A stretch of DNA of 24,000 nucleotides from Terriglobia bacterium (GTDB taxonomy: Bacteria > Acidobacteriota > Terriglobia > UBA7540 > JAPUME01), in assembly GCA_963555835.3 (NCBI GenBank), contig CAUVWZ020000002.1:2333450-2357449 (forward strand), written 5' to 3'. Made by a program: the position numbers and the translations under genes. How positions within the stretch are numbered: the first letter of the stretch is position 1; every line of letters begins with the position of its first letter. This document shows, piece by piece, positions 1-9,606 of this stretch. The notes below the pieces were generated by a model. It made no database searches. It was not told the DNA's origin and was given only the letters and a program-made list of their open reading frames with translations.

Positions 1-1105
1 GGAAATCCAGCCGAGCCTGTGGGCCTTCGGCATCATGTTCATCTCGATTACGATCGACACGTTTCGCTCCCGGGCGCTGTTCCGTGTGGCGCGCAAGTAT
101 GACAGCCAGGCTCTGGAGGCCGACGCCCTCCATTTCCAGACCGACGTGTGGAGCTCGAGCGTTGTGGTGCTGGGACTGGTGCTGGTCTCGCTGGCCGGAG
201 AATGGAACCTGGCCTGGCTGCGGCACGCAGACCCCGTTGCCGCGCTGGTCGTGGCCGGAATTGTGATCCACGTCGGGGTGAGGCTCGGCAAGCGGACTGT
301 GGACGCGCTGGTGGATGCCGCCCCGAAGGGCGTCACCAGCCGCATCGCGTTGGTCAGCGGTGAGGTGCCGGGGGTGGTCGCCGCTGAACGGGTCCGCGCC
401 CGGCAAAGCGGCGGCAGGCTCTTCGTGGATCTAAAGCTGCGCCTGGCAAGCAACATCCCACTGGAACACGCCCAATCGGTGGCAGACCGGGTGGAATCCG
501 CCGTGCACACGGCATTTCCCAACTCGGACGTAACGATTCATCCCGAGGCGCACACGCCGCCGCCCGAGGACCTGATCGAAAAAATTCTCTCCGTCGCCCA
601 CCGCCACAACTTCCAGGTCCACGACGTGACGGCCCACTCGATTGGGGGAACCGTCCACGTGGACCTCGACCTGGAGGTGGAACCTTCCCTCACCCTCGAG
701 CGTGCCCACGAAGAGGCCACACGCCTGGAAGAGTCGCTGCTCGATGCGGTGCCCGCCGTGGGCAGCGTGACAGTCCACATCGAACCGCGTCCCCGGGTCG
801 TGGAACCGGGCCGGGAAGCCCTGGAAGAGTTGCCGAAAATCGAACGCAAAATTCTTCAGATCGCCCGGCAAAGCGAAGGGGTGCACGATTGCCACTCCGT
901 GACCGCCAGCCGTGTGGGGGAGAGCGTCCTGGTCAGCCTGCACTGCACCATGAACGGCAACCTCCCCATCGCCCAGGTGCACGACATCACTGAACAACTC
1001 AAGCTCCGCTTCCGCTCCGCCTTCCCGCGCATCCAGAGAGTGAATATCCACGCCGAACCAGCAGGACAATCCCAGCCGGCCCCGCCTGATGGCCTTCACA
1101 AGTAG
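1..1105 (+). CDS. cation diffusion facilitator (CDF) family metal efflux transporter, 5' partial, with three tandem C-terminal cytoplasmic (ZT_dimer-like) domains
   Basis: The frame of ORF 35..1105 stays open back to nt 2 (EIQPSLWAFGI before the first M), so the gene starts left of the window. It has the TM5 metal-site motif HFQTD. Three successive ~80-aa units follow, each ending in a ..H.EP strand (DVTIHPEAH, VTVHIEPRP, VNIHAEPAG). Confidence 0.8.
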   Translation, partial: EIQPSLWAFGIMFISITIDTFRSRALFRVARKYDSQALEADALHFQTDVWSSSVVVLGLVLVSLAGEWNLAWLRHADPVAALVVAGIVIHVGVRLGKRTVDALVDAAPKGVTSRIALVSGEVPGVVAAERVRARQSGGRLFVDLKLRLASNIPLEHAQSVADRVESAVHTAFPNSDVTIHPEAHTPPPEDLIEKILSVAHRHNFQVHDVTAHSIGGTVHVDLDLEVEPSLTLERAHEEATRLEESLLDAVPAVGSVTVHIEPRPRVVEPGREALEELPKIERKILQIARQSEGVHDCHSVTASRVGESVLVSLHCTMNGNLPIAQVHDITEQLKLRFRSAFPRIQRVNIHAEPAGQSQPAPPDGLHK

Positions 1106-1214
1106 ATTCCAGAAACCAACGCCGCCGCAGAAATAAATCGCGCCTATTTCCAGTTGTTTCAGGGGATTATGGTATGGAGTATTCTTCGTCCCATGGGACG
1201 GTTAAGCGGGAACC

Positions 1215-2393
1215 TTACTCTTCACCATTTTCAATGAGGGAATCCTGGTTCGCCATGGCCAGCCGCACATCTTCAGAGACGGCAAAATAGCCCTTCTTGA
1301 AACGCAAGCGCACTCCCTTGACCCGCACCTTTACCTGAATATTTCGATAGGTGCCGTCAAGTTCGGGATTGGTGGGGGTGTAAGCCAGACTGTACTGCTC
1401 TTCCAGCTCGCGGCGGATGCTGCCGATCGAATCGATCATTTGCATGAAGCGGGCCGCGGAATAGAGCCCCTGGCCTTTTGAGATGGCCATGTTTTGGGAA
1501 GTGCCCTCGAACTGGACCCCGTGCGAGATGTATCCCCGCATATCCGCCCCCAAGGTCTTCATGAGGGGGAAATGAACCTCGCCCCCGGTCTCCTCAGCAA
1601 GCCTTTTCAGGATCTTGTTGCCGGGGTTCGCGAACCCATAGCTGGTCGTCCCAATCGCATAGATGACAACTTCCGCCAGACGCGCCATGGAAATGACTTC
1701 TTCCATATTCCGTTCGCTCTGCGAATCGAGTCCGTCGCTCACAATCACCAGGACGCGACGGGTTCCGTTCGGATTGTCGGCTCGAACCATCTTTTCCTTG
1801 CAGGCGAAATAGATGGAATCGAACAGAGCCTTTCCCCCGCCGGCCTTCAATTCCTGAATCGCCTCCTCCAGCTTGTCGCGGTCATTCGAGAAATCCACGA
1901 CCACCTCGGTGGTCCCATCAAAGGTCAGCAGGAAGATCCGGTGCCGGCGGCTCTTCTGCAAGAGCATATAGGCAAACTCGCTGGCGGCATCTTTTTCAAA
2001 CTCAAGGTATCGGCGGGCGCTGTTGCTGGTGTCCAAAAGCAGGCCGACCCGGAGCGGAATATCCGTCTCTCGCAGAAAATGTGTGATCTTCTGCCGCTTC
2101 CCGTCCTCGTAAATCTCAAAATCACTCTGCTTCAATCCATAAATGGGCAGCCCTTCGGAGTTCAACGCTGCTACGGGAACGTTGACGACATCCACTCGAA
2201 CACGGATGTCGCTCTCGGCGCCGGCAGCGCCCTTGGAGGCAGTCACTGCGTCGTTTGCCTGGGGATCTTGAGAGGCGGGGGATTCTTGAGAGGTCAATGG
2301 CAAAACGGAGACCCAAAGGATCAGCGCCAGCACACAAGACCAGTGCCCCAGGTGTGGACCGAGGGTTCGACGATGATTACTGAGCCGGTTCAT
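1215..2393 (-). CDS. secreted VWA (von Willebrand factor A) domain protein, VWFA-related acidobacterial type
   Basis: 392-aa ORF with an N-terminal signal-like hydrophobic segment (WSCVLALILWVSVLPL). It has the MIDAS motif LLLDTSNSA and a typical VWA core (VLVIVSDGLDSQS), followed by a conserved C-terminal YSLAYTP...YRNIQVKV module. Confidence 0.8.
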   Translation of the reverse strand: MNRLSNHRRTLGPHLGHWSCVLALILWVSVLPLTSQESPASQDPQANDAVTASKGAAGAESDIRVRVDVVNVPVAALNSEGLPIYGLKQSDFEIYEDGKRQKITHFLRETDIPLRVGLLLDTSNSARRYLEFEKDAASEFAYMLLQKSRRHRIFLLTFDGTTEVVVDFSNDRDKLEEAIQELKAGGGKALFDSIYFACKEKMVRADNPNGTRRVLVIVSDGLDSQSERNMEEVISMARLAEVVIYAIGTTSYGFANPGNKILKRLAEETGGEVHFPLMKTLGADMRGYISHGVQFEGTSQNMAISKGQGLYSAARFMQMIDSIGSIRRELEEQYSLAYTPTNPELDGTYRNIQVKVRVKGVRLRFKKGYFAVSEDVRLAMANQDSLIENGEE

Positions 2394-2494
2394 GACAACC
2401 TCGCTCTTCCTTTTCAGACCTGACCTGGCCGGGATTCGACCAACCCTACTGCTCGTAGGGTTATGGGCCGCGAGAAACAGCAGGGAAGGTACTC

Positions 2495-3772
2495 TTACCG
2501 ATCTCCGTTGCCCCCGCCGCTCGTATCCTCTTCTTCTTTCTCTTCTTCGTCTTCGTCCTTTTCCTCTTTCTCTTCCTTCCCTGCAGACGCTGAATCAGAG
2601 ATCACCCTGACTCCGACCGTGTTTCCGCTCCGCGCCGTCGTTTCCCCTTCCACCACCGACCCGTCGGAACTCCCGTCGGCGGTGACGGACTTAAGCTCTA
2701 ACTTTAACTCCCCCACTCCCTCTCCCACTTCCTCTCCCTTTTCATTTTCCTTCTCGCCGTTCTGGGAAGGTTGCGCCCTGGCCACCAGCGGCCCGGTAGG
2801 AACGTCCACCCGGGTGACCCGAACCGGCCCTCGGCGGGTAGCGGAAAGGTTTGGCTTGCCGCTCATCATGCCGCCGAATCGCCCCAGCAGGCTCCGTCGG
2901 GATTTATGAAGCGCGTCGGCCTCAGCCCGGATTACAGAAGCCCTGGTGGGACGGGGCACGACCTGGCCCAGGGCCTGCAGCCGTTCTTTGGATTCTTCCA
3001 CCAGGGGGCTGAGAGGATAATCCGTGATGATTCGCGAATAGTAGGGAACGCTTTCCGCGCTCTTTTTGACCTTTTCAAGCGTTATCGCCAGCAACCAGAG
3101 GGCGCTGTCGGCCCTACTGTAACTCGGATAGTCGTCCGCGATCTCTTCCAGCCTTGAAATCACCGCCTTGTTGGCGCGCTTCTGGGAATAGAACTTTGCA
3201 ATCCTGAAATTGGCGTCAGCAATCAACTCCTGCACTTGTCGCAGCTTTGATTTGACCTTGCGGATCAATTCAGAGTCGGGATACCGAAGCAGGAACTCTT
3301 TGAATTCCGCCTCTGCCATGGCGGCTTCGGAAAGATCACGGCCCGGCTTGGAAATCCGGCGGAAATGCGACAGCCCGATCTTGTACTGCGCTTCCGGGGC
3401 TTCCGGCGCGGTCGGGAAGAAGGTGATAAAGTCCCTGTACTCGACCTGGGCCTGCGTCAGGCCCGCGGCGCCTCCCTCCTTGTAGTAGGAGTCCGCGATG
3501 GCAAGCTTGGCTTTGGCCAGGTATTCACTGTCGGGGTAGGTGTTGATGAGGGTGTTCAGGGTCAGGCGGCCCACATCATAACGACTGCGGGCAATCTCAT
3601 AAAGAGAACGCTCGAAGAGAATCTTGTCGGGCTGGTCGGCATCGGAAATCTTTTCCGCAATCTGTTTGGCTTCACGGGAACCGCACCCGGCCAAAGTAAG
3701 CAGAGCCAACAGGCAACCCAACCGTCGAAGCCAGTGCATTTTTCGTTTTTCGAACATGCCCAAAATCAGCAC
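2495..3772 (-). CDS. bamD: outer membrane protein assembly factor BamD-like TPR lipoprotein with ~150-aa low-complexity acidic C-terminal extension
   Basis: Lipobox LLTLAGC, then a YfiO/BamD-like TPR core (AKAKLAIADSYYKEGG, AQYKIGLSHF, RIAKFYSQKR). The listed start is a GTG at 3772. ATG at 3739 (MHWLRRLGCLLALLTLAGC) gives a more typical lipoprotein signal peptide. The tail is rich in E, K, G and S. Confidence 0.65.
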   Translation of the reverse strand: MLILGMFEKRKMHWLRRLGCLLALLTLAGCGSREAKQIAEKISDADQPDKILFERSLYEIARSRYDVGRLTLNTLINTYPDSEYLAKAKLAIADSYYKEGGAAGLTQAQVEYRDFITFFPTAPEAPEAQYKIGLSHFRRISKPGRDLSEAAMAEAEFKEFLLRYPDSELIRKVKSKLRQVQELIADANFRIAKFYSQKRANKAVISRLEEIADDYPSYSRADSALWLLAITLEKVKKSAESVPYYSRIITDYPLSPLVEESKERLQALGQVVPRPTRASVIRAEADALHKSRRSLLGRFGGMMSGKPNLSATRRGPVRVTRVDVPTGPLVARAQPSQNGEKENEKGEEVGEGVGELKLELKSVTADGSSDGSVVEGETTARSGNTVGVRVISDSASAGKEEKEEKDEDEEEKEEEDTSGGGNGDR

Positions 3773-3773
3773 C

Positions 3774-4451
3774 CTAAACTCGATAGGCCACAGACGATTC
3801 GCTCGCCACGCGCATCAACTCGCCCAGGGCGCGACCCGGATTTTCACTCAGGAAAATCGCCGCCCCGACGACCAGAATATCTGCTCCGGCCTGAATCAGC
3901 GAGCCGATGTTTTTCTCACTGACTCCTCCGTCCACCTGAATACGGAAGCCCAGGCCTCTTTCCTCGCGAAGAAGGCGCAATTCACGGATCTTGTCCAGCG
4001 CCCGGGGAATAAACTTCTGTGCTCCGAACCCCGGATTGACCGACATGATCAACACGTAGTCCACATCATCCACGACCTCAGCCAGCGTGGATACCGGCGT
4101 GGCCGGGTTCAGCACAACTCCAGCCAGAACCCCGCGGGACCGAATCGATTCCAGCACCCGATGCAGGTGAGGCGTGGCCTCCTGATGAACGGAAACCATG
4201 TCGGCACCCGCCTCAATAAAACGGGGCGCATATTGCTCCGGGTCTCGAACCATCAGGTGGCAATCGAGCACCCGGTCGGTCGCCTTCCTGATGGATGCCA
4301 CAACAGGAGGCCCAATCGTGATGTTGGGCACGAAATGGCCGTCCATCACGTCCACGTGCACCATCGACGCCCCGCCCTCCCGGATGAGCGAAAGGGCATC
4401 CGCAAGGTTCGCAAAATCGGCCGATAGAATTGAGGGCGAAACCTCCGCCAT
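3774..4451 (-). CDS. rpe: ribulose-phosphate 3-epimerase
   Basis: Motifs SPSILSADF, HVDVMDGHFVPNITIG, MSVNPGFGAQKF and IQVDGG. I place the start at MAEVSPSIL (ATG 4451), which is preceded by GGAG, rather than at the upstream in-frame start of the 249-aa ORF. Confidence 0.9.
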   Translation of the reverse strand: MAEVSPSILSADFANLADALSLIREGGASMVHVDVMDGHFVPNITIGPPVVASIRKATDRVLDCHLMVRDPEQYAPRFIEAGADMVSVHQEATPHLHRVLESIRSRGVLAGVVLNPATPVSTLAEVVDDVDYVLIMSVNPGFGAQKFIPRALDKIRELRLLREERGLGFRIQVDGGVSEKNIGSLIQAGADILVVGAAIFLSENPGRALGELMRVASESSVAYRV

Positions 4452-4564
4452 AAAACCCCGCTCCGCAGCGTCTGAAACAGGTTCAGGATAACATAAAGCC
4501 CCCGGCCAGCCAACCTGCCTCAAAGCCCCCTTTTTACCGCCCTCCCGGACTGCCAGCGGCTCCG

Positions 4565-4589
4565 AAAAAAGGCCTCATGCCGCGGCCTT
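4565..4589 (-). terminator. putative intrinsic terminator downstream of the methyltransferase gene
   Basis: On the minus strand: AAGGCC - 9-nt loop - GGCCTT followed by TTTT (the plus-strand A-run at 4565-4570). The stem is short (6 bp). Confidence 0.4.
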
Positions 4590-4668
4590 CCCGCTGGGGG
4601 AGGTCCCCAGACGCAAGGGTTCCCTGAGTTCGATTCCTCCCGGGCCTCCGGGGTTAGCTGGAGATTTA

Positions 4669-5362
4669 CTATCGCAATGTTTCGGCCCGCCGCGGGCCGG
4701 ATACCTCCCCCCTCCGAGCCACGAAATAGACCGAGGGAAACACGAAAGAAAATGCCGTAGTTTCTGTCAGCCTGCCGAGAAGGGGGGCGCAACATTCGTA
4801 TTTTGCGCAATAGTACAGCCTGCTTACCGCTTCGACGCGCCCGAAGGCCGACCCGAGCAGCGCCTCCAGCTCCCTGGCCCGGAAACCCGCATGTGCACCC
4901 AGTTCGTTCGACCAACGGCCCCGCAGCCGCATGGAGAGGTCCTCGAAATTCCAAGCCACCTTCTCCCAAAGCGTCGCACGGCCGCCCAGATAGCCAATCA
5001 GGCGGCCCTTATTCGGCGTTCCCCACAAAGGCAACCCCGCTCGGGCTGAGGACCCGACATATTTCACTCACCCCTCGGAGGGGGTCGCGCAGGTGCTCGA
5101 GTACGTGGAAGCAGTACACGGCGTCAAAGACAGCGTCCGGGAAACATAAGGTTTCCGCGTCACACCGAACCAGGGAGACTTCCGGGCTTGCGGCGGCGGC
5201 GGATACATGAAGGTCCAGACCCACAACCTTCGACCCCACACGCCGCGCAATGGAGGCCGGCTCGAGTCCCGTTCCGCAGCCGATGACGAGCGTTCGAGAG
5301 GGGCTCACCCCATAGCGGGCAAGCAAGCGCGAGAAAAACTCCGCCTCGAATTCATAGGACAT
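4669..5362 (-). pseudogene. class I SAM-dependent methyltransferase (Methyltransf_11-like), split by a 1-nt frameshift at a homopolymer
   Basis: ORF 5009..5362 carries the SAM-binding motif VIGCGTGLE and ends ...SPSGVAFVGNAE*. ORF 4669..5067, in another frame, continues with ..WGTPNKGRLIGYLGG.... Removing one C from the CCCC run at 5021-5024 gives the contiguous reading AFVGTPNKGRL. Confidence 0.75.
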
Positions 5363-5436
5363 TTCTTAGGACATTTCATGGGACATGCGGTCTTCGGATT
5401 GCCCTCGCGTCCCGCAAGTCAGTAGGTCATTGCAAC

Positions 5437-5473
5437 AAAAAGGGGTGCAGGATTGATACGCATCCTGCACCCC
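5437..5473 (-). terminator. rho-independent terminator of the radical SAM gene
   Basis: A perfect 12-bp stem, GGGGTGCAGGAT (5442-5453) / ATCCTGCACCCC (5462-5473), with an 8-nt loop. On the minus strand it is followed by TTTTTGTTG, 49 nt after the stop at 5522. Confidence 0.75.
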
Positions 5474-5521
5474 TGATTCTGTAATTTCAGACTTTCTGGA
5501 AAGGCGCGTCCGAGAGTTTCC

Positions 5522-7567
<2,046 letters not shown>

Positions 7568-7979
7568 AGTCTTCTCTCCTCTTTCTCAACTAAGTGAGGG
7601 ATTCCCTCCCTGCGATGGATCAGTTAGGTTTGTCTGTTGACGAGGGAATTGTATAACACAAAAATAGTGCTACTTCAGATAAAAAACATTATCCCTCTAC
7701 CGCCAGCCTGTACCCTTCCTTCCCTACCTCAATCGGGGAGCCCCCAACGTTTTCCATTATTGCACATTGCATATATGGATTAAAGCCCGCAAAGCAATCC
7801 AGGGCCTGAGTTTTCAAGTGGAATGCCGAAAACGCCGACACCCCCGCCACTCGGGTCCCCTCCCTACAATAATAACGCCTAATTATATTAGTTTATCCCT
7901 CTAACTAAACCATTTATGTCGAATGGCGATTTTGGGGGGTCAGATGGGGAATCTCGCAATCGAACGGGACCCACTCAAA

Positions 7980-8032
7980 CTTGCTGAAAAGGCACCAACG
8001 CTTACTGAAAATTCGCCAATCTTACTGAAAAT
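7980..8032. repeat. three direct repeats CTT(G/A)CTGAAAA(G/T) spaced 21 and 20 nt apart (iteron-like)
   Basis: Copies at 7980-7991 (CTTGCTGAAAAG), 8001-8012 and 8021-8032 (both CTTACTGAAAAT). Confidence 0.7.
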
Positions 8033-8081
8033 CCGATAGTTGCGGAGTTCCCGGAGGTCCGGCGGAGGTAGGCGTAGGGTA

Positions 8082-8187
8082 TCCCGGCTGGCCGTGGACT
8101 TTCTCAGGTCTGCAAATCTATGTTTTCACCGACCCGCAGACCCAAACGGTCCACGGCTGGCCGGGACAGGTCCACGGCTGGCCGGGA
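8082..8187. repeat. GTCCACGGCTGGCCGGGA motif: a tandem 21-nt direct repeat plus one imperfect inverted copy
   Basis: GGTCCACGGCTGGCCGGGA occurs at 8148-8166 and again at 8169-8187. TCCCGGCTGGCCGTGGAC at 8082-8099 is its reverse complement except for the two central bases (16/18). Confidence 0.7.
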
Positions 8188-8233
8188 ATCTTTTCGGCAA
8201 GGCCCCCATCGCCGCGGCGCCCCAGGTTTCAAT

Positions 8234-8262
8234 TTGTTCATTCTACTTGGTGGCAGTATAAT
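8234..8262 (+). promoter_or_regulatory. putative sigma70-type promoter for the small membrane protein gene
   Basis: TTGTTC (8234-8239), a 17-nt spacer, then a perfect TATAAT (8257-8262), about 80 nt upstream of ATG 8342. Confidence 0.35.
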
Positions 8263-8341
8263 CCTGCCCGTAAACGTTCCCGATGCCAAGTTCTAGTGTC
8301 GTGTAACCCAAATAGCTGACACATGGTCTCCGGGGCATGTC

Positions 8342-8581
8342 ATGGTAGGCTCAATTATTGGACTTATCGTCTCACGTCAATGCGGCGGGAAGGAGCTGGT
8401 TTATGCGCCTGTCGGTGTAATCGGTGCGTTCATCGGCGCACTCCTTAGTTTCGGTGATGACCCATTTCTCATTCGTCATCCATACCTAAACCCATGGACA
8501 TTGTCCGTTATTGCATCCGCGCTCCTCGTAACCTTTGAATGGGTGTTGGATAGAAAAGTATTTCGCCGGTATAAGAAGTAG
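8342..8581 (+). CDS. small membrane protein, GlsB/YeaQ/YmgE (transglycosylase-associated) family-like
   Basis: 79 aa with glycine-rich TM segments (VGVIGAFIGALLSFG; LSVIASALLVTF) and a basic C-terminus, resembling YeaQ-type proteins. The N-terminal TM is short and no alternative upstream start exists, so the gene may be truncated. Confidence 0.5.
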   Translation: MVGSIIGLIVSRQCGGKELVYAPVGVIGAFIGALLSFGDDPFLIRHPYLNPWTLSVIASALLVTFEWVLDRKVFRRYKK

Positions 8582-9151
8582 AAACAAACCGCACGCAATG
8601 ACACCCAGTGAGGCCTCTTTTTCATATCACCCCCAGCAAAATTTATGGGGCTAGTTTTGTTTTAGAAACCGCCCTACCCTGAAGCTAGCACCTACCCAAA
8701 CCACACCTTCAATACGAGTACTTGGTCTGGATTGAATTTTGGCGACGCACAACCAGTCACTTGATATCGAGCGTCACCGGAAAGTGGTCAGAGGCCTTGA
8801 GGAGTAAGCGTGTATTCCCCGTCGGGTGGCCCGAGGGGCACCGCCCCTCCCGCTACCCCTGTCCCAGCCTGTGCCGCCCCGACCCGTTCGGGCCCAACCT
8901 GTCCGACCTGGCACTGCGCGACGCCATCCAGTGCAAATAGACGCGTCCCTTCCCCGGTAACAAGAATGAAAACAAGTGCCAAAAGGTGCCGATTCACCGC
9001 GAAAATCGCTCCCTGGAAAAAACCGCGACCTCGGAAAAAGGCCGCTCGTGCCGCTTCAAGGCCACTTCAACTTACCATAACCCCGTAGAATTAGGCTGGA
9101 AAGACCCTACCCGGCGGTTGGCCGAACATTTTCGCCTTAACGGGGAAGGAT

Positions 9152-9469
9152 GTGTTGACCCCCGAGGTTCTCACCGCCCAGCACGACAGGACGGTTCGGG
9201 AGCCGGCTCTCTTTTTTGATGAGCACCAAATCTCAGGAGCCTCGGTCGTGGATGACGAGGGGAAGCTTGTCGGCGTAGTCTCCCTGACCGACATGGTTCG
9301 GACGGCGGCGGAAATAGGCGCCGAAATTGTGGGGTACTTTGAAGTCCGCCTGGATTCCATTGGAGGGAGAAAAACCATGCCCGGAGGGCTCGACTGCGGC
9401 AAACGGATGTATACTTGCAACCGCCGGAGGGCTATAAAACTAATTCCGGGTCAAGGGAGAGTGGACTGA
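9152..9469 (+). CDS. CBS domain-containing protein, single CBS motif, probably a truncated remnant
   Basis: (KD)VLTPEVLTAQHDRTVREPALFFDEHQISGASVVDDEGKLVGVVSLTDMVR is a typical CBS unit. The only available start is a GTG, and the frame is open from 9095 with no ATG. The second CBS unit is missing. Confidence 0.45.
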   Translation: MLTPEVLTAQHDRTVREPALFFDEHQISGASVVDDEGKLVGVVSLTDMVRTAAEIGAEIVGYFEVRLDSIGGRKTMPGGLDCGKRMYTCNRRRAIKLIPGQGRVD

Positions 9470-9606
9470 GAAAGTCGCATCGCTTGTGCGCCGCGGGATT
9501 GGAAATCCGGCGGATGAGAAAAGCAGCATTTTGAGAATCGTTATTTCTCATTTCTCAAGTCCCCTCCACCTCCTACCGCAGGTAAGGGTTGGAAAAAGCA
9601 CCTGCG

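Noticed and set aside
1187-1200. Perfect 14-nt palindrome CGTCCCATGGGACG between the convergent CDF and VWA genes
   Set aside because: It can only form a 5-bp stem with a 4-nt loop and has no flanking T-tracts. That is insufficient for a terminator or operator call.
2442-2462. 8-bp hairpin AACCCTAC-TGCTC-GTAGGGTT downstream of the bamD-like stop
   Set aside because: No U-tract follows on the minus strand, so I do not call it an intrinsic terminator. It may still be structural.
4590-4660. tRNA/tmRNA-like signature: a T-loop-like GAGTTCGATTCCTC preceded by a CTGGG-GGAGGTC-CCCAG hairpin
   Set aside because: The bases flanking TTCGATT do not form a 5-bp T-stem. The 7-nt loop lacks U33. No acceptor stem or CCA-compatible end could be drawn. 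At best this is a degraded fragment or a chance match.
4520-5067. ORFs 4520..4969(-) and 4803..5210(+) as independent genes
   Set aside because: 4520..4969 runs through the terminator and intergenic region in a frame different from the methyltransferase. 4803..5210 is antisense. The region is explained by the frameshifted methyltransferase (4669..5362).
7689-7903. DnaA-box-like TTATCCCTCTA repeated twice; possible oriC given the nearby dnaN/gyrB
   Set aside because: There are only two copies 204 nt apart, each matching the TTATCCACA consensus at 7 of 9 positions. No cluster or adjacent AT-rich unwinding element could be confidently defined. oriC is more likely next to dnaA beyond 24000.
8148-8187. 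Possible CRISPR-like repeat
   Set aside because: There are only two directly adjacent copies with a 2-nt gap, no spacers, and no cas genes in the window.
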